A DNA stretch of 64,000 nucleotides from Tubiluchus corallicola (taxonomy: Eukaryota > Animalia > Priapulida): positions 310,001 to 374,000 of the forward strand of contig JAQGDQ010000186.1 in NCBI GenBank assembly GCA_030141605.1. Direction: 5' to 3'. This document shows, piece after piece, positions 1 to 12,682 of this stretch. Position numbers and translations under genes: made by a program. A model generated the notes under the pieces. That model made no database searches. It was not told the origin of the DNA and was given only the letters and a program-made list of their open reading frames with translations. Positions within the stretch are counted from its first letter, which is position 1; each line of letters begins with the position of its first letter.

Positions 1-905
1 GATTGAATTACACTACTTGCAGACATGTTTGCTAGAGAACCTGTACTATGCTGCAAAAAATGCTGTCATTAGGTTGACGAACTTACAAAAAATAGTAGTG
101 TTTGCTTAATATTTCTGACATTTTATGCTAAGAATACCGTTTTACCTTTGATGTTGGATTAGTGCCAGTGGATGCATTGACAATGGCAGCAGTAGAATGA
201 ATTCTTAAACTATGTTGACCCCACCGAACGCATTCTGATTCAATAATGAGTTGCAGCAGTGCATTTGATATTGTGTACCTACATCTAGTGCGTAATAAGG
301 GGTTATACTTAAACTCATGCGTGTGATACTCGCAAATTTTCTAATTGATGTTTTTAATAAAGTTGACACGGTTGTGTAATTGGGCGTTGCGACATTTACC
401 CCAGTTGATATTACAAGCATTACAAGTGAATTATAAGAAATAATAAGAATTCATTAACTAGTTGGCCTTAAATTTATGAAATAACGGCAAGGTATTAAGA
501 AGATTGGGTCAAGCAATTTAATTCAAATATATGGAACTGTTTACTTGCAGACAAAAATTAATATAAAAACGGCACCAGAAGTTTGCTAATCACCAAGGAG
601 AACCTTCTAAAGATGAGTAACCAAATCAACAGAGGGCTTTAGTTACTTTCGAATGCGTATACATCCTTTCTCAGATGTTCGGAGACAAGGTGGAAGAAAC
701 AACTAAGAATTAATTTTTCTGGGGATCATCCACACATTTACTAACCAGTCGCGGCATTATTTAGCTTCGGTCGCTAACTATACACAATATGACAACTCGC
801 CCACTTCCTCAGACACTTAAAACAATAGGACCGTCTGTTTTCTTTGGATTAAATGGTTTCTCTGATATTTTACTTATTGTGAATGTATGTCAGCAGGCGT
901 TTTAT

Positions 906-968
906 GCATGAAACACACAAAACTTTTATTGACTAATGCATGAAACACGCAAAACGTTTACTGACTAT
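906..968. repeat. 32-bp tandem duplication
   Basis: tgcatgaaacacacaaaacttttattgacta followed by tgcatgaaacacgcaaaacgtttactgacta. Confidence 0.8.
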
Positions 969-2089
969 TGACATTAAAACATTCAAACAATAGACTATGT
1001 ACTACCCGTAATAAGATTTGAACATACAGGTCTGTATGACTCCTGCATGATTTATTCTGAAGTGAATAGAAGTCTTTTTATACGGACAAATAAAAAACGC
1101 CTACAGGTCTATATAAGCGATGTTGCATTATTCGTAATTTAATTATTCCCTTTGCATAGCCTTTAAGCTTTGCTCCACTGCACCAGATGATAAAACATCT
1201 ATCATCCTCATAGAAAAATCTGTGTTAGCTGACCTTCGGACACCGGAAACTTGGACAATAATGCCATAATCACTACATACTTTACATTAAAGGCAAGCAG
1301 GCGCTTGTTAATTACGTAGTATAGCCTGTAAGATGATACAAAAACATTGGGTTTTGTTGTCATTACTGTAGAATTTGTAATGGAATTAATAAACCTTCAT
1401 AATTCACAGTGGTTATAAATGACTAGAATATCTTGTAAAATGAAGTTTCAAAAACGATTATGAGAATTTGACAAGCAAAAATCACTTAATATAGCAGCCA
1501 CGCGTGGCGTTTGGGCTATGGTATTCGATCTGATTGAACCTAATAACTGTGTCCGATAAATGATCAATACTATAAATTGACAATTCCGCAAAAATCTTTC
1601 GTAGAACTCCACAAATTAAAGAGAATGAAAATTATATTTCTAATTTTGCAACAAGTAGGTAGTTTGCTGAACAAATGATTTGGTTTTATGTAATACTGCT
1701 TGAAAGGAACGTGGTAAACACAAAATAATTTCAGGTTCGTAGCCAGAGTCGCTAGCCGTACTTTTCAGACTTAACACGGTCGTACGGAAATGAGCTCAAT
1801 TCATGTTTCAGCGAGCTTTTTGATAATATTTGTGATTGTTATTCTTCCAAAATGGTGATGTTAGTGGTATTAATATCTATTATTGTCGGCGTTATTTACA
1901 GCAAAGGAATAGCTGAGTGGTTTATGTGAATATGGTGTCTGTTTATAGCGACCACATTTGTTCAGTAAATAAATATGTAGATTACCGCCGGGAAAACGTT
2001 TCTGTTTGATTTCATCAACCGTATTATCACTTCTCACTGAGTAATGCAGAGGGTGGATAAAATTCGAATAAGACAATCTAATGGAGTGA

Positions 2090-2265
2090 TCAGACGTAGA
2101 GGCTTCTCTCGCAACTTGTTGTGCATCTTCTCTCTTACAGTAAAGTTGCAACATGTGAACTGTTTAGCAACTTCTCTCGCTACTTGTCGCAATATGTGAA
2201 GGGCTTTGCAACTTCTCTCAGAGAGAAATTGCGCAACAAGTTGTGAGAGAAGTCTATACGTCTGA
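2090..2265. mobile_element. Palindromic MITE, possibly PIF/Harbinger-like
   Basis: ~45-bp imperfect inverted arms (tcagacgtagaggcttctctcgcaacttgttgtgca... / ...tgcgcaacaagttgtgagagaagtctatacgtctga) with internal gcaacttctctc repeats. The superfamily assignment is inference. Confidence 0.55.
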
Positions 2266-5200
2266 ACGGCAACTCTGCTGGTCCAATGTTTCGTTTGGAG
2301 GGCTTTATTTTTAACAAATAGTAAATGCCAATCCAGCTTAGTGTCTGGTTGCGAATCTATGACTATAGAAAGTATTTTTGCTCAAAATAATACGTCGTTA
2401 AGATTTTTAGTCAAATAAGCAAACACTGTGCATCATACCAAAATGGCGTAGTTTTATTACTCAGCCTACATTTTGTCATTCAAGTATAAGGTTAAAAGTG
2501 GATAGACGCTTTAAAACATCGCCAAGAGCAATAAATAGCGTGGCCAAGCTTTAGTCATGCAGGTATGACATTCAGGTGTTCTCCGAAACGTGCTACTAGC
2601 CGCACTAGTATCAGGAAGTTTGGCAAGCCCTAGACTACTGCCCCAGTGAAACACAAAACCTAATCTGTTCGTGAGTAGCTGAGCATTTTAATAGATGTTA
2701 AGAAACAAAGTCCTGGGCCGGGTACCTGCACTGCATTTTTATATGCTTGGATCTCTTTTTACTCAGAAAAATTATCGAAATTATCGGTGCAAAGTTATTG
2801 ATATTGCAAATTATTGCGTTTCGATGAAATGTTTGCTAGTTTGGTTTCCAGCGTAAAAATAACTACAACAGCAAAAATGGCAACAATAACAGCAATCATT
2901 ACAATAAAAAGAATAGACGCTACTGCTGCGATTACAATTAAAGGTGCACAATGACATCATCCTGTTGAATAGGTACTTGGAAAGTATAGGAGGGAGGGTA
3001 AAGTACATCTAGGATTACATTTAATAAGGACTGCAGACCTAGATTATTGTAAATGTAATAATAACTGGCGCGTGAAAATCCTGATAAGAAATCCCCATGG
3101 AGTATTATTAAAATGTTCAGTGTTACAGGAACATTTAATATCATATAAGCATAACCAGTCTTACAAATTTAGTAAGACTTTGCTTCTTAGTATATATGCA
3201 TATATAAACTTACCGAAGTTATTGATTCAGAATCCGCAGTCGTTTCATTTAAATCAGCCATTATCTTCGGTAAAAAAATGATCTACTAAATAAATTTCAT
3301 TGCTGCTGCAGAATTCAATGGATACCTCCAATGAACTCGTTTCCGATTCTGTTGATCCTGTTACTCACTAACGATGTAATACCGCTATTGCACAGAACAA
3401 ATGTTTTTTTACTCACAGTTTCATTAAAGATACTTTACGTGTATTAATTTTTGATATCCCGGGTACACTATAGAGACAGAATCATACGCTAGCTGATGGG
3501 AACGTGGGACTACAAGCCGAGACTGATACAACGTGAGATGTGACCCACAAGCAACGGTCTATTGGGCACCATGCACATTATAATGCACAACGTAGTAGGC
3601 GGAAGAGAGTCTGCAATAGGCTGACATATCATACGCCCTTAGAAATCATTCCATACTTTCCAGAAATGAAATATTTTATTTATGGTTTGGCATTGTTACC
3701 AGGATTAAATTTCTAAGAATCAGAAACTTTTCAAAACTGAAATTTTTGCACCATCTTATCAATATAAATGTTTTGGTCATTTCAGCTTTGAATGATTTTT
3801 AAGTGAATCAGCCTTGAACAGGTGTGTTGCAGGTTAAGTGAAATGCAAAGGTCACTGGGGGAGTTGTAGTGTGTAATAATAGGGATTAACTGATTTCATC
3901 TACAAATTTAATTCTTGGCCCAGTGAAAAAACAAATTGCTGCATTACAATTTGCTCATTTTCATTTCTTTGCTTATCCATCTAGTTAGTTGCAATATTTA
4001 ATAGAAACTGAACTCTTCGATAGAATCAGCAACATTCTCAAATTAAAAAATTGATTAACGTGAGAGTAATTTTGTTCCGTTCGTTCCTTATCTGTAACTA
4101 TATTTTCTCTGTATTCCAATAAAACCTTTTCGAGTGAAAGTCACTAATACACTACTAACAGATTTTTCTTTAAAAATTTATAGCTAGTGCATTATGATAA
4201 AAGTGAAGAGAGTCGTAATATTCAGCGCTTATGATGTTACAGTATAGCGTATAACTTGCCACAACGGTTTTTGCTGCAGTGAACTTTAAATTAGTTTGAC
4301 TGACTTAACTTATGGTTTTCTCTTTTTCGTCTGATAAATACATGTACATGAAGTGTGAAGCCATGGCGAAAGGCTTATCTTATTTATTTTTTCCTTTCTT
4401 CTTTTGCTTCTTTTACGTCGCCACAAGTTGCATTAACTTAACGTTTTGTTAAATTTTTATCTAAGTCTTAAATTCTGTCCATAAATTAGTTGTGATCATT
4501 GCTTGTGCAACTAAATTGCTTATACAAACGCCTATTTGTTTTATGAACAATGCTTATTCAATATTTGTACTGTTGATATATTTCAATATTGAAATTGTAT
4601 GGGCGTTTAGTTTTTTGCTTTGCACCAGTTTTTCTGGCGTTAATAAATTATAAATTATATGAATATTATGTAATACGATTATAGGATGATAAGATTATTA
4701 CGTGATCTGCCGGTGCTTCATTTGTGTACATCGAGAATACATTTCAACGAAAGAAGCAATTCACTGTTTTCACTACGAATGGTCAAATTTTATATATAAT
4801 TTACTAGATTCATATAACACGTAAAATTTGAAAAAGGTGTTCCTGGCACGGTGCATTTGTTTCGTTGTCCTAAGGGATCAGAAAATATTCTTACGAAAAT
4901 CTTATAAAAAGCAGACAGTTTATCTGGCGTGGTGTCTTTATAAAAAAAACTAAAAATCTAAACGAAAATCTAAGCCTGCGAACAATATTAGGAGAAGTGA
5001 TGCATCTATTGGCGGAGGCAGATTTGCAGAATCTCGAATTTGCAGGGAGTCCCTCAACTAATAGTTCGAGCCGAACTTTTTTTTTTATTCAAAGTTTACA
5101 AAAACCAAAAAAATTAAGACAGCATCAGTGTTTTCGTCTCTCGACACTTTTTGCATATTTGCTCTTCACTTTTATGTAAAAGTTAACTGCAATGGAACCG

Positions 5201-7144
5201 GTCGTTTGGAATGAGAACGTGTTACTTTATTTTTGTTTTAAGGTTACACTTTTGAAAACTGCTTTAATGTACGAAGAAGTTGAAAATCGTGTATGCAGCT
5301 TGCATTCGAAGTGACAATAAAGTGTTACAACAAGGAACTTGAATTCACACAGCTTCTAGCCTAAAAGTAGTTTAACTGTCTTAGTTTAAGGTCAGTGGGT
5401 ATGGATATATCCACGGGCAACACGATTAGAACAACTAGACAAGCTAAGCCATAATTATTACCATCTTCACTGTCTTGTACTGTGTCAGAATAAATGCTGT
5501 ACCCAATTTATAACCGGTTGTATTGATACAGTAAATGTTAATCATGCCAAAGCCTAATTCATAAGTATAATTTATCCCTCTTGATAACTGTTATAATAAA
5601 GATGGCAGCAACTTAATAATACAAAATTGGAATTTCATAGTAAGCCTAGGAGGTAATGAATATTCTTGCAGATTTCTATATTCTCAACTGGAGACAGCCA
5701 GTAATTAAGGAGTGACGATTACATTTACAAGTACACTCAGAAAGTTTCCAAGTTGAAGATTAGTGTCTGTAGGCATCTTGCAGTATTTACGGCTAATTTG
5801 AGTCACCAGCTCACAATTAAAGTGGGCGGATCGCCTAGTCACGACGTGCTCATCGTAGCGTACATAAATTTACTCATTTCTATGTTAGACAGATTTTTTT
5901 CATCTTATGTCAGCTTTTCAGTAAGTTCAATTTGTAAAGACGCCGTTATATCGATTTCATGGATATATCGTATCGTATGATTTAGCCTGATAGAGTAAAG
6001 GAAGAATAATATTAGACACATCTCAACGTGGATCCGAGATTATTATAAATACTAAAAAAATCGTAAGGAAACTTATTTATACCATACATGCTTATAGCAA
6101 TAAAAAGATCAAAATATTCTTTAAATCTCAAAAAGTATTCTTTATTTTTTAGAAACTTCCGTTCCTCTGAGTCAGGGACGAAAGCTTCTAAGAACAATAA
6201 AGCATATTTCTGAGATTTAAAAACGCCATTTTAAGTTATAACCATGACAAGTGTCAGAAAAGTGCAATCCCATTTTTAGCCGTGCTTTTTTCAATAACTA
6301 AAAGGAGGAAGACTGTTTAAACTACGCAGGCTCTGAAACTGAACACTAAACAAAAATTGCAGTTAATGTAATGTAATTAACAGATTGTTGTATTTAAAAA
6401 AACTAACGCTGCTGCTGATATACGTCGGGCTACAACAAGCCTTCAAATGTGCACAATTGTTTTTACGAAAAAGACAAACACAGTTTGCTTGTTTTAATAC
6501 CAAATAAGAGTAGAGAGAGAGTGTGTGTCAAAGCTTTTTCTGTTGTTGTGGACTTGTAATTGCCTGAAATGAATAAAGAAAATATTGGCAGCATCACCTC
6601 TAAATATGCCTTGCTAGATTACCTCTTAGAGGAGGCTTGGTTGTTGCATTATTTTAACCGATTTGTGTAAAATGTGGTACCAATTCGTTAGATGGATAAC
6701 GCTTATGCAGCTGAGCTGGTCATCAAGGTTTAACCCAATATTAAAAATTAAGAAATATCTACACCTTTACAGAACAACTCACTCTGATGGATGAAATTTA
6801 GCGACAGAAAATTATTTTACCTTAGATCGCATTGATAATCAACTCTAGCGTTAATTTTAGTAAGCAACGAGTTAAACATTCACCACCTGTAGCCGGTAAA
6901 AGGTTCGAACATTGCGTGTTGTGCAAAGCATATACGCTATATATACGCAATCCATTGACAAAAAAGACAATTTACATAAGCTAATGCGATTTTTAACATA
7001 TCTAGAAAGGAACTTTAATTTGGTTCATAAATTGAATTGTACTCTTACAATAAATCTATTTCTAATGAGTTTGCGAACTACCACCAATTACGCTACATAT
7101 TGTATAGAATGCTGGCGAATAGCTACTTGATTATAAACTTACGG

Positions 7145-9143
7145 TAGAGTAGACGAAGTTTGAGAAAAGTTGAACCCTGTAGGCTCTTTTTTCTAAAAGC
7201 AGCCAACATAGCCTGTCTTGTCAATTTGACAATGCTGAATCCGAAAAAATGGTTGCCGGCTTGAAATGTTATTGGAAATGGCCAGAAATGCAACAAATGG
7301 CCACAAAGTATTTGCACAAATAATATAGGCAGGCCAAAATCAAAATAAATTATCAGAAAATGAATCTTAAGAAGCGGTTGTGACATCTAGTTTTGGTTAG
7401 TTGGATTTAAGAAACCTTTTCCGTTACCTTTATTTCAAAAGTGGCCAGTCCGTTTTAAAAAGCAGCCACACAATTATGCTAATCATGCAATTTTTACATA
7501 GATATTTATTGTAAAAACAAAAAGCAAATTATTTTTAATAATTCGACCTTGTTGAATCTAAAAAAGCTACTACTAGATTCAAAAAGGATGCAAAGTGACT
7601 TAAACAGGTTAATAAAAACCAGATTGGCCACCAAATTCTCACATTATAGTCTAACAGAATGGTAAAAACCATTTTGCCTAAAAGTTATGAAACTGCACAA
7701 TCATGGTGAAAGCCAACAAGGTGATTAATTTTGTATATGAGACCAATAAAAAAATCATCTAATGTGCCCCCCCCCCCACCCATTTTCAAGATTGCCGATA
7801 AAATTGCAGTTTGAGTGACGATTTTTGTGTCTAAATATAGGTTTCTAGTCAAAGAATCCACATCTAATGCTTAAAAATACTATGACATTACCTCAGGATT
7901 TCAAGACGACTGGCAAGATGACTGTAGCTGAATGCGTAATAATTTTATATTAGCTATATTATATGTTGTAAGGCAAATAGCTTGATGACTAATATCTATG
8001 TATCAAGTTTAAAAGTTAGGGATTTAGGGTAGTATCTAATATGGTCACCACTTTCAAGGTGATCGAAAAGATGACTGCCACTAGCTTATAAAGGCCAAAT
8101 ATTTAGCCATACGAAATTGTGAGGAGAAAAAGATGACCTTGAAAAACTGCATTTACAAATCAAAATGATCACCTTATCGAACAGCTAAGATGTGGCCTTT
8201 ACATCCTAACATCAGGGATCTTGCCGGCCACTTGAAAATAGTGTACATATTGAATACTATTCTAAATCCTTTATTACTTTTAGCTAAAATGTACAACAAT
8301 CATCATCCATTCTGACTTAATATGAATTATAGTGTATATATTACATAAGCAGCTGCAGCTGTCTTGCTAGGCACCTTGAAATTCTAAATAGGTGATATCA
8401 TAGGTATTTTTAAGTATCAGATGTTGATAAGTTGACATTGAAAACCCATAAAGCCATCCATTACCTTATTGGTTCTAATAGCTTAAGATATGCCGTATAT
8501 ATGCTAGCGACAGTCATCTTGTCAGTTACGTTGGAAATGGCGGCCATAACTTCTTATCCAAAATTAGTCGCCTACCGTAGTGTAACAGTTTCATAACTTT
8601 TAGGCGTATGAGTAATCTTTTCACCATTCTGTTGAAGTATATGTCGAGTCTCGGCGGCCATTTTCATTTTTTAATTGTTATTTTAATCATTTTGCATTCT
8701 TTGTGTGATCTAGCAGTTTTTCAGATTCAACAATGTCAAATTGCTCAAAATAATTTGCTTTTTATTTTTATAATAAATCTTTGGGGAAACAAGTAATAAA
8801 ACTGCGTGACCTGCGGTGGCCATTTTGAAAACGGCGACCATTTTTAAATGAAAGTAGCAGGCATGGATTGCTTAGGTCCAACTATCCTAGAATAAGTGTC
8901 TTAATTGCTTCTTAATATTAATTTTCTAGGAACTTCTTTTGTATAGTTTGTCCAAAAGCTTGGTGGCCATTTTGTTTTTTTTGCGTTTTTGTTCTTTTCC
9001 GATAGTTTTTCAAGCTGGCAACAGTTTTTTTTAGATTCAACAGAATCAAATTGATGAGACTGGCTATGTTTCCCACTTTTAGAAAAAGAGCCCCTACAAC
9101 TTCAGAGAAGAACCTTTTCAGGATTTTCTGTTAGTCTACTCTT
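7145..9143. mobile_element. Degenerate ~2-kb non-autonomous DNA transposon with long TIRs, Academ-like
   Basis: Left end tagagtagac...ggctcttttttctaaaagcagccaacatagcctgtc...ttgccggcttgaaa is an imperfect inverted copy of 8995-9143 (ttcaagctggcaac...ggctatgtttcccacttttagaaaaagagccc...gtctactct). Interior is rich in ggc(g)gccattttg motifs. No TSD seen. Confidence 0.6.
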
Positions 9144-11750
9144 GTAATATAGCAAACCATCGATACTGTTGCGGTGGGCTTATCTGAAAATTCAAATACA
9201 CTTTAACAGATGCATTTGACTGAAACATTTGTAGTACTCTTTGTACCGTTAGAGTATATTAATTTTTAATATAATTAACTAAAATATTATGTAACAATTT
9301 ACGTTTCTGCTGTTGCTCGGTTGCTGCAGTAAAGTCGTGGATTATATTACTCATTATTCTACAAATTATCGCGTATTAAAAATATTCATTTTGTGGCAGT
9401 TCTTTGGCACACTTGTTATCGCCTTCACTGAAGTACCTAATAACATCCTGCATTAGTATAATCGAGCGTCCCTAAAATTTCTACTAACATTTCCTAGCCC
9501 CGCATTGTTTTTGTTGGTACCATATTTTGCAGTCACGGCTAATCAAACAAGAAGCGGTGACCTGCATTAAAGTGCGTTGCTAATCATATTGCGTATGCAT
9601 ACAAAAACAATAAGCCTCACCACACTATGCAATATACATAGGCAAAGCCGTTTCATTTGTTAAAATTTTCGTGCAGAAAAAACTGTATTTATATTATATA
9701 ATAAACTTCCGGTCTTGTATAACCATATCGCTTTTAATGAATTATTTTGTAGCGTTAATTTCTTAATGTTAACGTTCTTACTGCCCATTTTAGAAATCAG
9801 AAACGACATTGAAATCACAAACAGGATTTTTTATTATCGTTCCATAGCTTATCCGTGCCAATGCAATACTGTCATTAATACTGACATAAAACGCTTCATA
9901 AGACACTGCAAAGGAATTTAGATAACATACACAACACATATGGCTGTCACATAGATACTAAAGTAAATAAACAACAGCTAGTAAACTGTGTTTTTTATAA
10001 TAAAGTTGAAATCGCTATACAAATGCAGCAGTTGATAATGTTCTATGGCCAGTGATGATTATTTTGACAACATGCTGTTATTTTCGTAGAGGTTTTCGAC
10101 AAAAAAGGTATTCAGGAACAAGAGGCAGAGTCACGGTGTTCGAGAATATACCACTGCCGTGTGGCAAACTGTATTCAAGCTATTCTGTATTTTCTAGGAA
10201 ATACTGCTCTTTATATAAACCAAGTTAGTTTCCAATCTCCACATTCAATAAACACAATTCTGCTTTTGTTGATCAGCCCTCACAAGGTACATACATAGCT
10301 AACAAAAACATTTTGGTTCTTCTCCATGGGTAAAATAATTATTGTAGTAGGCAAAATTTAAGTAAATTAATACCAGTTTTTTTGGTCTGGGAAAATGCCG
10401 ACTCTGGCCATTGTAAAGGCTTAGACAACAGGTCCGAGCGAGAAATCTAAATGAAAGTAGCAAAATCTAAATGAAAGTAGGCATACAACGTTTGTAAGAT
10501 CAAAGGTTTCGCCTAATAGCAGAAAGACTGGATTCTGCTTGTTAGCATCCCGAGAAGTCCTATACGGGAAACTGTGAGCGAGCAATTTTCACTTGTATTT
10601 CCAGTCGTTGTAGGGCTTGCTACTTGATTTGCACCTGCCATATTTCTAATGTTATCATCTTTTTGAGCAATGACAATAAACTTTGTATTTTACCATTGTC
10701 TTGTCTGTTGAGTGAATCGATTGCGGAGTTGGGTTTTACTGCCTTATGGACGGCTAAGACTTATTCGGCTACCAACTATACTTCAACATCACTATTACTG
10801 TACAGACTCAGTAACATCCCAGTCCCTACGTACAGGGGAACTTATTTAACACCAACTGATAATACAAACCATTGTAAATATAATAATGATTATGAATATA
10901 TATAAATATATAGACTGTAAATGTGCCAAGAAAATTTAACGTAGAAGCAGTCCCAAAGAAAAATTGCATTAGGCTGTAACTGTTGTAAACATGAAAGGAA
11001 ACCACAGTAGGCATGGAGCAGGTAGTTTTTTGAAAAATGTGTCAGTAAGTCTACGGAATGTTACTTTCATTGCTAACTACTTCTTTTGAGAAGTAGCTTA
11101 ATTAAATAACAAATAACTCCTCTAAAAATGACAACTCATTTGACAGTTACAGCTGAAACTATCTAACGATCTTAGTTGCGTTTTATCAGTGAAAAGCTAA
11201 TTAAGAAAAAAGCTCGCAGGAAAGTCTTGTGCACTGTCACGCAGACATTAGTCGCAGAAGACGGAAAAAAAGAAAAGACACGAAGAAAGATAGCAGAAAT
11301 AGTTAATAAACTCCACTTTTCACATTATTAAGTGGGTTGTAATTATAATTATTTTCCTTAGCTGTATCGTAGCAAGTAGATGCCTAGCAAGAATGCCACA
11401 ACTAAGGTTATTTTTAGGGTTATTGCTATACATTTAATGCCAGCGGCCCAGAGCAGAGGCACTCAGTTAAAGGTTGTCGTGCAGTATTATTATGTCCGCA
11501 AATGTTACATCGTGATTAAGGCCCCATGCACACATGCAATTTTTTGGGGGGGACTTAAAATTTACAAAATCTGTAAATAACTCAATCAAGTCTATGAGAG
11601 CGCGCAATTTACATGCAACTAAAATTGCGCAGTAAAAATTGCAGTCTGGTTTCAAGCTTTTAGTTGTGCAACTGTTTTGCAATGCTCTGTTTTCAATGCG
11701 AACGCGCAGACATGCAACTTTTAGCTGTGCAACTTTTATTCAAAACACAA

Positions 11751-11838
11751 TAGTTCAGCCAGAAAAAAGCAATCTCTTATGATATATCATATATCATATA
11801 TATCATATATCAAAAGAGACTGCTTTTTTCTGGCTTAA

Positions 11839-11841
<3 letters not shown>
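11751..11841. repeat. Short hairpin, 36-bp arms around an atatatc repeat loop
   Basis: tagttcagccagaaaaaagcaatctcttatgatata versus the reverse complement of tatatcaaaagagactgcttttttctggcttaacta: 3 mismatches. Confidence 0.85.
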
Positions 11842-11878
<37 letters not shown>

Positions 11879-11880
11879 GC

Positions 11881-11934
<54 letters not shown>

Positions 11935-11968
11935 CGTGCGTGCATGCGTGCGTGCGTGCGTGTGTGTA
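11841..11968. repeat. Compound microsatellite (AC)n-(GC)n-(GT)n-(GCGT)n, self-complementary
   Basis: Directly visible alternating purine-pyrimidine tract. Confidence 0.95.
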
Positions 11969-12412
11969 CTACAAATAGTGTTTTCAGGTCTTCAGTGGAA
12001 CTTCGCAAATTTTACTAGTTTTAGCGGAAAATATTTAGGCATAAGCTTAGAATTTCGCTCATGAGCACCAGAGTTATCTCCCGACCATTTTGAAGGAAGA
12101 AATAAAGAATTTTTTTAGACCATAAGGGCATTTTGACTTCTTTTACCGTTTATGACTCAATAAATGCTCAAAGATGACGCCACCAGCTTAGCGATTACAC
12201 TGAAATGCAACGTGAATGTGGTTGTGCATGCGTAGCCAAAGTTTATGATTTGTGCAGAAATTTAATTAGGCTGTAGATAGTTAGGAGTTAACTAAAATAT
12301 GTATTTTTTTCCACTTTACTGTGCTTTGTTCACTTTATTGTGTGCTCTGTTGTGCCTATATAAATTATTATCTATAATTCCAACATTCAATACAATAAGC
12401 ATTTGTAATTAC

Positions 12413-12682
12413 CTGCATGTGTGTGAAAATGTTATGACTACGCTTTTAATCGTCCTTTTTAAACTTATATGTTTGTAATAATAAAACCGAGCTACACAAC
12501 TTACTAAACTCGATTTGCTACTACGACTACTGCAACTGTGGATACTAGATCTGTTGTCTGTTCCACTATTGTAGACATCTTTGACAAACCAGTTCTGTCT
12601 GAGAGCGCTGTCCATATTGCGCGTTCCACCCATCCATTTTGACGATTTCATTCTTCAAATGCGAAATATTCGGTCAAATCAC
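12413..12682 (-). other. Candidate exon of an unidentified minus-strand gene (possible first coding exon, ATG at 12651)
   Basis: Strong acceptor ttttttcag| at 12683 and donor CAG|GTAATT at 12412. An open frame MKSSKWMGG...FSHTC runs from the ATG to the donor. No homology recognised. Confidence 0.3.
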
